Positions 26,153 through 35,181 of a stretch of DNA of 64,000 bases are shown one piece after another. The notes under the pieces are model-generated. The model ran no database searches and was not told the DNA's origin. It saw nothing but the letters and a program-made list of their open reading frames with translations. Both the position numbers and the translations under genes were made by a program. The stretch is taken from the sequence record KY555145.1. One strand, written 5' to 3'. Positions within the stretch are counted from its first letter, which is position 1, and each line of letters starts with the position of its first letter.

Positions 26153-28451
26153 TCAAGCCAACGTGACGCCGAGCGTCGCGGCCAGCTTCTGGAGCGCCGC
26201 GCGCTGGGTCTTGATCTGCTCGTCGAACTTGTCGAACGCGGTCAGGACGTCGGTCTCCAGCTTGCCGAGCGCTTCCCATTGCTTCTTGAGTTCGGCGCCA
26301 GCCAGTTCCGCCGCCTCATTGCGTTCGGGGCCATAGACACGCTCGCGCATCTCGGCGACCCAGGCCCAGGGCAGGCCCAGGTCCTCGGCGACCTTCTTGT
26401 CGGTCCAGGTCCCGATGTAGCGCTGCTGGATCGTGTTGTAGTGGACGTCGAGGGCCTCGATGATCCGGCGGTTCTCGGCAAGCAGAAGACGGCATACGAG
26501 ATCTGATCGTGACTGGAGTTCAGACGTGTGCTCTTCCGATCTGGTATGCGAGGAAGACGTGCCCGATTCACGGACTGAAGATCAGCGAGCCATCCACGAG
26601 CGAAGCCCCCTCTTCGGAGCCCGCTTCGCCGACATCCAAGCGTCGGTGATCACCTGCGAGCAACCCGACGACCGGTTCCCCTCGCAGATCAGCCACGCCA
26701 TCAAGGTCGACTACATCTGCGGGGCCATTGGCCTGCGGCGGGCTGACTTCAGCCTCGACGTGCCCCTCCCCTACGAGGACTGGTATCAAGGCCAGGACGC
26801 AGGGTTGATCCAGGCCGGCTACCTGTTCACCGCGCTCCGCCACGAGTTCTACGACCGCGTGCTCGTCGAGCATCCTGAACTGAAGAGCGATCCGCACCTC
26901 TTCGCGCTCATCGCGCTCAACGAATACTGGCACCAGCAATTCCGCTTCCGGCACTATCGCCGCGATGGCCTGCTGGTCCTGCGCGATCGCGTGCTCCATT
27001 GAGCGGCAAGCCCCTGCTGCTGTTCGGCGGGGCGCTGAAGGCAAACGTGGTCGGAGCCTTCGTCCACCAGGGCGAGACCTTCCACGTCATCCGCCCAGGC
27101 TACTGCGCCCAAGGCCGTCGCCGGCCAGCTTGGTCCCAGATCGTCCCCGGCGCCACCCCCATCTACACCCTCAAGCTCCGCGCCGATCTAGGCCCCATGC
27201 TTCAGGCCTTCCGCGCCCGCCTGGACTCCGAGACCGGCGGTGACACGCTCCTGCTGGGGCGGGCGCTGGAGATGTGCAAGTCCGCAGCCCGCCGGCGGTT
27301 CAAAGACGGCGTGAGCGGCGAACAGCCGGCCCCGCCCGTGAGAAAAGGGGCTTCTGGAGCGCCGCGCGCTGGGTCTTGATCTGCTCGTCGAACTTGTCGA
27401 ACGCGGTCAGGACGTCGGTCTCCAGCTTGCCGAGCGCTTCCCATTGCTTCTTGAGTTCGGCGCCAGCCAGTTCCGCCGCCTCATTGCGTTCGGGGCCATA
27501 GACACGCTCGCGCATCTCGGCGACCCAGGCCCAGGGCAGGCCCAGGTCCTCGGCGACCTTCTTGTCGGTCCAGGTCCCGATGTAGCGCTGCTGGATCGTG
27601 TTGTAGTGGACGTCGAGGGCCTCGATGATCCGGCGGTTCTCGGCCGGTGTCGCCGTGCGCGGCGGATCGGCGAGAGGAACAGGCGTGGCGACGGCGGCTG
27701 CGGTAGCGGGCACGGGGGCGATCTCCAAAACAGGGTTGGGGGCGTCGGGGGCAAGCTTGCCCTGACGGATCAGGCGGGTGCGGGCGGCGTTCTTCTGCCG
27801 CTGGGAGCGTTCCTCGGGGGTCATCGACTCCCAGTAGCGGCGGGAGGCCTCGCCCTGCTTGGCGGCGGTCTCGGCCTTCTTGGCGGCGGCGCGGGCGCGG
27901 CGGGTCTCATGACCCTTGGCGGTGGCGGCCGAGCGCTGCTCGGGCGTCATGGAGGCCTGGACGCGCCTCAGGCGATCGCCGTCCCCACGCCCCGGCTTGG
28001 TCTTGAGACCGCTCTTGACCATCGCCGCTTCCACGAGGGCGGCGCCGACGGCGGTGGGGGCGTTGGCGGGGCTGGGCTTGGCTTCCACGATGGCTTCCTC
28101 TGGAATGATTTCGAACTTCGCCAGGGCGTTCGAGACGGTGTAGACGGCCGCGTCGAGCAGGAGACCGTGCTGGTTCTCGGGCGGCTGGGACGCGGCCTTG
28201 GCCAGCCCATGGCAGGCAGGACAGACGTCCTTGTTGCGTGAGCCTCCGACCGACCAGCCCCGTTTGCGGAACATCTTGGCGGCGAATTCCGACGGGATGT
28301 GGGGTGAGCGGGTGGTGATGGGGATGGCGTCCTCGGCCGGGCATTTGCGGCAGGTGATGACGACATGGTTCTGGCGCTTGGACGGATCACCGTTCAGGGA
28401 TCGCATCTCGACCCGGAAGGAGTCGCGCGTCGCGAGTTTGGTGGTGCTCAT
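26153..28451 (-). CDS. Zn-finger/basic protein (~384 aa) interrupted by an assembly artefact; true CDS probably join(26153..26479, 27645..28451)
   Basis: CRKC and CPAC motifs; the C-terminal coding region is present twice and only the left copy ends in a natural stop (QKLAATLGVTLA). Confidence 0.75.
26185..26479. repeat. 295-bp direct duplication, copy 1
   Basis: appears identical to 27350-27644. Confidence 0.9.
26479..26542 (+). other. Illumina TruSeq P7/index/Read2 adapter (contaminant)
   Basis: CAAGCAGAAGACGGCATACGAGAT-CTGATC-GTGACTGGAGTTCAGACGTGTGCTCTTCCGATCT. Confidence 0.98.
26559..27002 (+). CDS. hypothetical protein on misplaced fragment
   Basis: GTG after GAGGA; opposite strand to all neighbours; directly follows the adapter. 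Confidence 0.55.
   Translation: MPDSRTEDQRAIHERSPLFGARFADIQASVITCEQPDDRFPSQISHAIKVDYICGAIGLRRADFSLDVPLPYEDWYQGQDAGLIQAGYLFTALRHEFYDRVLVEHPELKSDPHLFALIALNEYWHQQFRFRHYRRDGLLVLRDRVLH
26999..27349 (+). CDS. hypothetical protein on misplaced fragment, truncated at junction
   Basis: TTGA overlap; runs into duplicated segment. Confidence 0.5.
27350..27644. repeat. 295-bp direct duplication, copy 2
   Basis: appears identical to 26185-26479. Confidence 0.9.
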
Positions 28452-28460
28452 GCTATGCGC

Positions 28461-28700
28461 TCACCGGCATGACAGGCAGACCTCGTCTTGCAGTTCAGAA
28501 GGGTCGCACCAGTGGTCGCAGACCTCGCACTTCCAGACCTTGCGGTCGAGGAAGGTAAAGAACGCATCCGGCGCGTCGAAATAGCCGAACGGGAAGCCGG
28601 CGTTGTCGACGGCCTCCTGGACGTCGACCGTGGTGCCGAGCATCTTGGGGGCCAGACGCAGCGCCATGGCCATCAGTTCGGGGCCGCCGGGCTCAGCCAT
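28461..28700 (-). CDS. small Zn-ribbon protein
   Basis: CEVCDHWC...CLSC. Confidence 0.65.
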   Translation of the reverse strand: MAEPGGPELMAMALRLAPKMLGTTVDVQEAVDNAGFPFGYFDAPDAFFTFLDRKVWKCEVCDHWCDPSELQDEVCLSCR

Positions 28701-29037
28701 TGGACTTGTCCTGGCGGGTCGCGGCGCGGCGCTCGTTGAACCACTGCTGCCATTCGGCCTGGGTCATCCAACGCTGCCGGCGCTGGGCGTTATAGACCTC
28801 CAGGCCCTTTTCGGAGACCCGGTATTCCTTGGAGCCCCGCGACATCGCCGCCGAGCGCTGCGTGGCCTCGGCGAGCCCGCGCTTGACCAGTTTGGCCAGG
28901 GTGGCGGAATGGTGCGAACCGTTGGAGCCGCCGACGTCCATGGGGCGTAGCCAGCGGATCGGCTCATCCCTGAAACAAGGGATGAGGCAACCCAGGACCT
29001 CCCAGTCGCGGTCGGTGAGCGGCTTTTCACGGCTCAT
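28693..29037 (-). CDS. winged-helix protein
   Basis: HSATLAKLVKRGLAE...YRVSEKG. Confidence 0.65.
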   Translation of the reverse strand: MSREKPLTDRDWEVLGCLIPCFRDEPIRWLRPMDVGGSNGSHHSATLAKLVKRGLAEATQRSAAMSRGSKEYRVSEKGLEVYNAQRRQRWMTQAEWQQWFNERRAATRQDKSNG

Positions 29038-29207
29038 CGCAGTAGTTCTCCATCGGCGATCCGGATGTCGGTCAGGGGATAGTCCTGGAAGAAGGCGCGC
29101 AGCCGCTGGCGCAGCATCCCCTCGACAGCCTCTGCGTTGTTCAGGGCCTCGGCGAGGTCTTCGAACATCTGGCGCTCATGGGCGCGTAATGGGCGGGTCT
29201 TCGGCAT
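29034..29207 (-). CDS. hypothetical protein (57 aa)
   Basis: AGGAGG RBS; first gene after promoter; below ORF-track cutoff. Confidence 0.65.
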   Translation of the reverse strand: MPKTRPLRAHERQMFEDLAEALNNAEAVEGMLRQRLRAFFQDYPLTDIRIADGELLR

Positions 29208-29218
29208 GGGACCTCCTG

Positions 29219-29265
29219 GTTGTCGTCGTGCGGCTTTTAGCCCCGATAGGTCAGGCTGTCAACAC
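29219..29265 (-). promoter_or_regulatory. repeated-family promoter with GACGACAAC box
   Basis: GTGTTGACA-N17-TAAAAG-N6-GACGACAAC. Confidence 0.85.
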
Positions 29266-29590
29266 AATGCAGCCAGCCGGGCGATATAGTCCCGCATCCG
29301 CTCGCTCGACGCATAGCGCCACGTCCAGGGGACCTGTTCGGGGCGCGCGCCGTTGAACTGGCAAAGCCATAGGAAGGCCTCCTCCGAGTGAGGCCAGTTC
29401 TCGGCGTCGGCCGAGAAACCGGTCATGCGGAAGCACGCGGCGACCTCGGCCGGCGTCAGGTTGGGATCACGCACGGCCTTGAGCTTGACCTTCACCTCCT
29501 CGGGCGGCGTGGGCGGCGGAGGTTCGACCTCGTAGCCGGCCTTGCGCAGGAGCTTGATCGCGGCGGCGATCTCAGGACTCGGTTTCAGGT
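29259..29590 (-). CDS. hypothetical protein (start uncertain)
   Basis: coding-like from LKPSPEIAAAIK. Confidence 0.5.
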
Positions 29591-29820
29591 TTCCACTCCC
29601 CGCACCAGCTATTGATGTGGACCAGCGGGAATTCCGCCCAGCCGATCTGATCGGGCGGGTTGTCCCCGTGGAAGCTGCCGCCCGTTCGCGCGGGGTGGTA
29701 GCGCGACGGGCCGACCTTGATCGAGGGCGGGAAGCGCCGGCAGTCGCCGTGCATCTGGACCGCGCCCGTCTCAAGGAAGAACCGGCAGGTCTTGCAGGAT
29801 TGGCCTTCGGGCTGTCTCAT
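29572..29820 (-). CDS. Cys-rich hypothetical protein
   Basis: CKTCRFF...GDCRRFPP...WCGEW. Confidence 0.7.
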   Translation of the reverse strand: MRQPEGQSCKTCRFFLETGAVQMHGDCRRFPPSIKVGPSRYHPARTGGSFHGDNPPDQIGWAEFPLVHINSWCGEWKPETES

Positions 29821-30083
29821 GCGGGAACCCTGTCCGCGCTGACGGCCGCGCGCCACGTGGCGACGTCGCCCAAGAGCGCGCCGCCCAGGAAGCGGTCCTC
29901 ATGGATCGGCACGTCGCCGTCGGCCAGCCCCAGCAGATCGAGTTGGGCGTCGATCCACTGCTGCTCGCTCATATAGGGCTGGTGGCGCGCCGTGGCGCGG
30001 ATGCCGTATTGTAGACGCTTGTCGTAGAGGGTGAGGCGCAGGCCGGCATGGTCGCGCTCGATCCAGATGTCAGGCCGCTGCAT
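29817..30083 (-). CDS. hypothetical protein
   Basis: operon ORF. Confidence 0.55.
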   Translation of the reverse strand: MQRPDIWIERDHAGLRLTLYDKRLQYGIRATARHQPYMSEQQWIDAQLDLLGLADGDVPIHEDRFLGGALLGDVATWRAAVSADRVPA

Positions 30084-31101
30084 CGGCGACCTCCTCGGCC
30101 TCTTCCTCGCTCGGGGCGATCGTCGAGCCCGAGTATTCCTGAAGGTGATCGACCGCCTTCTGGGCCAGCGACGCGGCGGTGAAGATGAAGCGCTTGTCGC
30201 CCTTCAGGACCTTCAGCCAGGAGGCGACATAGGAGGCGTGATCCTCACGGACTTCCGGGGTCAACCCAAGAATGGCGCAGAGGAAGGCCGAGCCCAGTTC
30301 GGCGACCAGTTCCTCGGCGGCGTAGGCCTCGTCCCCGAAGCGCTTGCCGAACTCGCGGTTCAGGCGGTCCTCGCGACCGGTCCAGTGGACGAACTCGTGG
30401 CCGAGGGTGGCGTAGTAGCTCTCCTCGTCGCGGAAGGCGTCGAACTGGGGCATCTGGATGAAGTCCAGGTGCGGCGAGAAGAAGGCCCGATGGCCGCCGT
30501 GGCGCACCTCGGCGCCCGTGGCGGCGAAGAACTTCTCGACCGCCGCGTTGCGCTCCAGGACCCGCTTGGCTTCCTCGGCGGGCGTCGCCGGGGCCGGGGC
30601 GGGCTTCTGGTAGAAGCGCTCGGGCAGGCCGTCGATCTGCTCGACGTTGAACACCAGATAGGACTTCAGGAACGGGATCATCCGCTCGACGTCCTTGCCG
30701 TTGGCGTCCTTCTCGGTCTTCTTGAACTTCGAGGCGTAGACGATCAGTTCGGACTTCTCGCCCTTGCGGACCTGACCACCCAGGTCCCTGGCTTGGTTGT
30801 AGGTCATCCAGGTCGGGTTGGTGTAGCCGCGCTCCTGGGCGGCGGCCCACAGGAGGACCACGTTGATCCCGGTGTAGCGCTGGCCGGTCACCCGGCGGGG
30901 ATAGATCGCCATGCCGGCCGAGGCGCCGCCGGGAGCCGACCACGGCTTCAACCAGGGACGCACGCCAGCGTCGAGGGCGGTGATGATCTTGTCGGTGATC
31001 TTCTGATAGAGGTCGACCTTGACGGTTTCGGTCGAGGCCTTGCCGGTCTCCTTGGTGGAGCGCTTGGCCGGCTTCTTCTTGGCGGCGGTGGTCTTGGTCA
31101 T
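30070..31101 (-). CDS. ardC: ArdC-like antirestriction ssDNA-binding protein (DUF1738 plus zincin domain)
   Basis: YQKITDKII.AL..GV.PW.KPW, YTGINV, WMTY.QA..LGGQVRKGEK, VFNVEQ, HEFVHWTG...RL.R, EELVAELGSAFL. Confidence 0.92.
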   Translation of the reverse strand: MTKTTAAKKKPAKRSTKETGKASTETVKVDLYQKITDKIITALDAGVRPWLKPWSAPGGASAGMAIYPRRVTGQRYTGINVVLLWAAAQERGYTNPTWMTYNQARDLGGQVRKGEKSELIVYASKFKKTEKDANGKDVERMIPFLKSYLVFNVEQIDGLPERFYQKPAPAPATPAEEAKRVLERNAAVEKFFAATGAEVRHGGHRAFFSPHLDFIQMPQFDAFRDEESYYATLGHEFVHWTGREDRLNREFGKRFGDEAYAAEELVAELGSAFLCAILGLTPEVREDHASYVASWLKVLKGDKRFIFTAASLAQKAVDHLQEYSGSTIAPSEEEAEEVADAAA

Positions 31102-31113
31102 CAGGGCCTCCTC

Positions 31114-31159
31114 GTTGTCGTCGAGGGGTTCTAGCCGGCGACCGCGACCTTGTCAACAC
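31114..31159 (-). promoter_or_regulatory. repeated-family promoter with GACGACAAC box
   Basis: GTGTTGACA-N17-TAGAAC-N5-GACGACAAC-GAGGAGG. Confidence 0.88.
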
Positions 31160-31367
31160 TCTCGCGCCAGTTCTTAATCGCTTGGCGTTCCGCGAAGGTG
31201 GGCTGGCGCTCCCAGCAGGCATACTGCTCCGAGCCTCGGGTACAGTTCTCACGGATGATCTCGCCATCCGCGTTGTGCAGCGGCGTGTAGGGCTTCTTCA
31301 TGCAGTGCCCGAGATACTGCCCCACCCAGGGGTGCCAGAGGCGGCAGTTGCCGCAGACCTGCCTCAT
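31131..31367 (-). CDS. Cys-rich hypothetical protein
   Basis: CGNC...GHC...C..W; resembles 29572 type. Confidence 0.6.
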   Translation of the reverse strand: MRQVCGNCRLWHPWVGQYLGHCMKKPYTPLHNADGEIIRENCTRGSEQYACWERQPTFAERQAIKNWRESVDKVAVAG

Positions 31368-31606
31368 CAGGCGCTCATTATCGCCGCGCAGAGGATCATC
31401 ACCACCAGCCCGCCGACGATCGGGCAGACGATCAGCGACATGCAGAACGTCAAGGTCGGGTGGTCGATGAAATAGAACAGGTAGGGAGGCGGTTGGGGCT
31501 GGTTATAGAGAACGGCCGCGCCCAGCGCCAGCGCGATGGCGCCGATGATCCAGGCCAGTCCATACCAGAAGGCGCCCTGGAGAAGCGTTTCGACTTTCGG
31601 GTTCAT
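31367..31606 (-). CDS. small membrane protein
   Basis: two TM segments. Confidence 0.6.
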   Translation of the reverse strand: MNPKVETLLQGAFWYGLAWIIGAIALALGAAVLYNQPQPPPYLFYFIDHPTLTFCMSLIVCPIVGGLVVMILCAAIMSA

Positions 31607-31923
31607 CGGCGGTTGTTCTCCAGGTCCCAGATGCGGTTGCGCAGTTGGCGGATGGTCTCTTCCAGGTCGCGGACCTTGCGATAATGCTGGTCCTCGGTCT
31701 CCTGGGTGTTGCGCTTGTAGCGCCGCTCCCGCTCGTCCATCTCCGTCTGGAGCGGATTGGGGATCACGTCATGACCGTGGGCCATGCCGTAGTTCTCGAA
31801 CGAGCCCTCGATCCCTTCGGCGATGCTTTGACGCTTTTCCAGCGGGATGCCGTTCCAGAGGTCAAAGAGGCCTTCGCCGTCGAACGAGGCGTCCAAGCTT
31901 TCGAGCCAGTAGTCAGTCGCCAT
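31603..31923 (-). CDS. hypothetical protein
   Basis: operon ORF. Confidence 0.65.
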   Translation of the reverse strand: MATDYWLESLDASFDGEGLFDLWNGIPLEKRQSIAEGIEGSFENYGMAHGHDVIPNPLQTEMDERERRYKRNTQETEDQHYRKVRDLEETIRQLRNRIWDLENNRR

Positions 31924-32296
31924 GATGGATGCCCTCCCCGGCCCGGACGCATTGGATCGGGCCGCCGTCGCCCTCTTCGGTGTAGCGCACGAGACTACCG
32001 GCCTTGATCAGCATCTGGACCGTCTCGTCGCTGACCGTGGCGTCACGTCCCGGCGGGCTCCAAGAGCGACCGTCCTCCATCAGGATCAGGCCTTCGCGGC
32101 GGATCGCCAGCGACATCGCCTGGGCCGCGCGCTGGGCGGCGCTAGTCGCGCCCTCGACCAGGACCTTGAGGTCCTCGATCGGGAAGCACTCCAGGAACCG
32201 AGTGCGGACCTCCAGGCGCTCGGCCGGCGGCAGGCGCATGATGTCGCCCACCAGGATGTCGGCGTACTCCTCGGCGGTCTTGGGGGCGTCGGTCAT
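31913..32296 (-). CDS. hypothetical protein
   Basis: operon ORF. Confidence 0.6.
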   Translation of the reverse strand: MTDAPKTAEEYADILVGDIMRLPPAERLEVRTRFLECFPIEDLKVLVEGATSAAQRAAQAMSLAIRREGLILMEDGRSWSPPGRDATVSDETVQMLIKAGSLVRYTEEGDGGPIQCVRAGEGIHHGD

Positions 32297-32550
32297 GACT
32301 TGAGGCTCTGGCAGGCGAACGTGATCACGTCGCCGAGGGTGTTGAAATCCTCGGGGAACTGGACCGGCTCAGGGACGGCGAAGTCCTCCTCCAGGCACAT
32401 CATCAACTCGATGATGTCCAGGCTGTCGAGGCCCAGATCATCTTCCAGCCGTAGCCCCTCGTCCATATCGTCGAGGGTGTACGACCGGTCGGTGATCGCA
32501 TGGGCGTAGTCGAAGGTCGCCGCCTTGATCTCGTCGCGCGTGAAGGTCAC
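32293..32550 (-). CDS. acyl carrier protein-like
   Basis: LEDDLGLDSLDIIELMMCLEEDF (DSL phosphopantetheine site), acidic 85 aa. Confidence 0.85.
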   Translation of the reverse strand: MTFTRDEIKAATFDYAHAITDRSYTLDDMDEGLRLEDDLGLDSLDIIELMMCLEEDFAVPEPVQFPEDFNTLGDVITFACQSLKS

Positions 32551-33281
32551 GGCTCTCCCCCTGGTGTCGTTTCGGCGCTTCTAGCCCTCCCAAGCAGAGC
32601 CGTCAACACATCAGCGCCACGCCAGACCCAGGATAGGCTCAGAACGAGGTCGCGGTCCTCATAGGCGGCGCTGCGCCCGGTGATCACCTTGATCGCCGAG
32701 AGCGGGCCGAACCGCCAGAAGACGACCGTGCGCGAGTCGTTGCGGCCGGGCAGGTGCTCCAGCAGCACGCGACGCTTGATCGCCAAATGTCGCTGCTCCC
32801 TGTGAAGGACGAGCGCGACCTTGCGCGTCGGGTCAGACCCGAACCACCGGCGCCAGTAGCCCGGATTGTCGATGTTCTCGAACAGCCGGCCGATCCGCTT
32901 GCTGACGGGGCGAAGCCCAGGCTCGCGCCGGCGCACGCTCAGCGGTGGGAAGGTGCAAGGCGGCCACTCCGGAAGCAGGCGCAGGCGCAGCCTCCGGAAT
33001 TCCCACGCCGGCATGGCGTTGTCCTTGGTGTTGTTGCACGCCACGCAGGCCGCCGCCAGATTGCTCTCGTGGTTCGATCCGCCCTCGGCCCTAGCCTCCA
33101 GGTGCTCGATCGTCACCTCGTCGGGCTCCAGCTTGCCACCGCCCCGGCCGATCCGCCGGCGATAGGCCATCTGCCCCGTGCAATAGGTGCAGAGGCCACC
33201 CGCCTCCAGGAAGAGGCGGTGGCGGCGGTTCGGAGCGGCGGGCGGTAGCGGGTCCTGGACCAGCACCTCAGATGAGGACAT
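32547..33281 (-). CDS. HNH endonuclease (McrA/HNH_5 type)
   Basis: CTYCT...TIEHL.AR.EGGSN...NLAAACVACNNTK. Confidence 0.85.
   Translation of the reverse strand: MSSSEVLVQDPLPPAAPNRRHRLFLEAGGLCTYCTGQMAYRRRIGRGGGKLEPDEVTIEHLEARAEGGSNHESNLAAACVACNNTKDNAMPAWEFRRLRLRLLPEWPPCTFPPLSVRRREPGLRPVSKRIGRLFENIDNPGYWRRWFGSDPTRKVALVLHREQRHLAIKRRVLLEHLPGRNDSRTVVFWRFGPLSAIKVITGRSAAYEDRDLVLSLSWVWRGADVLTALLGRARSAETTPGGEP
32563..32609 (-). promoter_or_regulatory. repeated-family promoter with variant box, inside the 3' end of the HNH gene
   Basis: GTGTTGACG-N17-TAGAAG-N7-ACGACACC-AGGGGGAG. Confidence 0.75.
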
Positions 33282-33714
33282 AGCCGTCCTTGCCGTTGTC
33301 GAAGATCAGATCGGAGAAGCGCAGCGTCTCCAGGGCGGTGTTGAAGGCCGCCTCGGAGCCGCCCACCCGCGCCCAGACCGTGCGTCCGCCCATGACGACA
33401 TGGAAGAGGTCCGGCGCCGTCTGGGAGCGCACCACCGAGGCGGCGTTGTCGACCAGCACCCGATAGGCCGCGCCGGCGACCGTCAGGCGGTCGCGCGTGT
33501 CGAGCAGGCCCAGACCCCGCAGGTCGGCGAGATAGTCGCTCAGCCCCTGCACCGTGACGCCGGCCGCCAGGGCAAGCGTGGTCGGGTTGTTGTTGGCGCC
33601 CAAGGCCTTAAGGACCTCGACCCGGCGCAGGATCGCCTCCTCGCGGGTCTCGACCTCGATCTGGTCGTCGGTCTTCTGGGCGCCCTGAATGGTCTTGCGC
33701 AGCGGTTGCAGCAT
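33268..33714 (-). CDS. putative HTH protein
   Basis: LALAAGVTVQGLSDYLADLRGLGL. Confidence 0.55.
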   Translation of the reverse strand: MLQPLRKTIQGAQKTDDQIEVETREEAILRRVEVLKALGANNNPTTLALAAGVTVQGLSDYLADLRGLGLLDTRDRLTVAGAAYRVLVDNAASVVRSQTAPDLFHVVMGGRTVWARVGGSEAAFNTALETLRFSDLIFDNGKDGYVLI

Positions 33715-33723
33715 GGTCGATCC

Positions 33724-34107
33724 TTAACGAATGAGGCTCCAGGCCTCTTGGGTTTTGCCGTAGGGTTCGGGGAAGATATAGCCCCGGTGGTGGAGGTCGG
33801 CCAAGATCGCCTCGGTGTGCGGAAGGTAGGCCTCTTCGCTCCCGGTATAGGGCGTCTCCTGGTTCCTGGCTCGCCAGAAGAGGCGGTGGTTCAGCCGCAG
33901 AGCCGTGCGCTCGAACGCTCGGCGCGGATTGATCTCGCAGGCCAGGATGTGGCAAATCCAGCCCGCCTCGGTGTGGCGCACCCGCCCGCCCTGCAAGGCG
34001 AAGAAGCCCTCGTCCTTAAGCGCCATGAACTCCGCCTGGAGTTCCGGCAGGAAACGCACGAGGCGCCCGAACGCGTCATGGAAGACGACGACGCGGCGAT
34101 CATACAT
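33724..34107 (-). CDS. hypothetical protein
   Basis: operon ORF. Confidence 0.6.
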   Translation of the reverse strand: MYDRRVVVFHDAFGRLVRFLPELQAEFMALKDEGFFALQGGRVRHTEAGWICHILACEINPRRAFERTALRLNHRLFWRARNQETPYTGSEEAYLPHTEAILADLHHRGYIFPEPYGKTQEAWSLIR

Positions 34108-34459
34108 CGGTTTGATAGCCCAGGAACGGGCGCAGAAAGCCCATCAGGTCCTTGTCGATGCGGATCGCCTTGAGTTCCGAGCAGCGGGCGTTCTCGGCGA
34201 CGGTGCGCAGCCACTTCGCCCGCTCGTAATAGGTCGGGGCATGATCCCACCAGCGATAGCTGCTCTGGCGGATAGCCTCGGCTTCCTTCTCGGTCGGCGG
34301 GCGTCGCTTGAAATGCCACCACGGCCCGTCCTGGACAGTGTCCATCGTCATGATCTTGGCCAGGGTCTCGTTGCGGGTCGCATTGCCCAAGGCCTGCGCT
34401 TCCTCGGCCGCCTTGAGAGCGGCTTCGAGCAGGACGAGGCGATCGACTTCGGCGGACAT
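34100..34459 (-). CDS. hypothetical protein (MSAEVDRL...)
   Basis: operon ORF. Confidence 0.6.
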   Translation of the reverse strand: MSAEVDRLVLLEAALKAAEEAQALGNATRNETLAKIMTMDTVQDGPWWHFKRRPPTEKEAEAIRQSSYRWWDHAPTYYERAKWLRTVAENARCSELKAIRIDKDLMGFLRPFLGYQTDV

Positions 34460-34461
34460 GC

Positions 34462-34731
34462 TCACTTCAGCTTCTCCCCAATATAGACGTCCAGGAACCG
34501 CGCTTGCGCATCCTGGTCCTGGAACATCCAGATCGCGTACTTGGTGCGCGGGAACGGCTGGCGGAAGAACTCCACCGGGCCAAGGAGGTCCTTGGCGCCG
34601 TGCGGCGTCGGCGCGACCAGCGGCGTCTTGACCACGAACGGGAAGCGTTCGAGGCGCTTGATCACCGCCATCGAACAGTCGCGCTCGCGCGTCGTCTTTT
34701 CGGGCAGGTCGCGGGTCCAGGTCGTGGTCAT
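34462..34731 (-). CDS. hypothetical protein
   Basis: TGATG overlap. Confidence 0.6.
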   Translation of the reverse strand: MTTTWTRDLPEKTTRERDCSMAVIKRLERFPFVVKTPLVAPTPHGAKDLLGPVEFFRQPFPRTKYAIWMFQDQDAQARFLDVYIGEKLK

Positions 34732-35030
34732 CAGGCTTGCACCTCGAAGGCGTTGATCTTGTGGGCGTCATACCACCAGCGCCGGCCCTGGCAGGCCTTG
34801 CAGGTGACGTCGTCCCAGCCCTCGGCGAAGGCGAGGGGCTTGAGGGTATGGGCCGGCACCGTCTTGATCGTCGAACGCACCCCGCCGTTCTTCAGGTAGG
34901 CGGTGCGGCCATGGACCGTCTCGGGCACGGCGATCGTCTTGTCCGGCGACCAGCGATTGCAGACCGTGTAGCGCCCTTCGCCGCTGTTGCGGAACGGGCG
35001 CGGGGCATGGGCGGTGGCGGGCTTAGACAC
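34731..35030 (-). CDS. hypothetical protein
   Basis: operon ORF, CKAC. Confidence 0.55.
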   Translation of the reverse strand: MSKPATAHAPRPFRNSGEGRYTVCNRWSPDKTIAVPETVHGRTAYLKNGGVRSTIKTVPAHTLKPLAFAEGWDDVTCKACQGRRWWYDAHKINAFEVQA

Positions 35031-35181
35031 GGGCCTTCTCCGAGGTCCGGATGATCAGGGCGACCAGCAGGATCGCGATGATCACCGCCGTCGTCATCGG
35101 AGGCTGGCGATTGTAGCCGTCGATGAAGCCAAGCACGGTCCCCGCCAGCATCGCCGCCCCATAGGCGCTCCAGAACTTCAA
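35023..35181 (-). CDS. small membrane protein
   Basis: TTGA overlap; hydrophobic. Confidence 0.5.
   Translation of the reverse strand: MKFWSAYGAAMLAGTVLGFIDGYNRQPPMTTAVIIAILLVALIIRTSEKARV

Noticed and set aside
26242-26571. ORF containing DRKSTRLNSSH, and the + ORF 26460-27002 N-terminus
   Set aside because: These are translations of the Illumina adapter, not phage proteins
27300-27349. C-terminus PLFSRAGPAVRRSRRL of the 383-aa ORF
   Set aside because: Read-through into the misplaced fragment; the natural end is at 26153
26185-27644. Apparent insertion element with long direct repeats
   Set aside because: No transposase or integrase; it begins with a sequencing adapter
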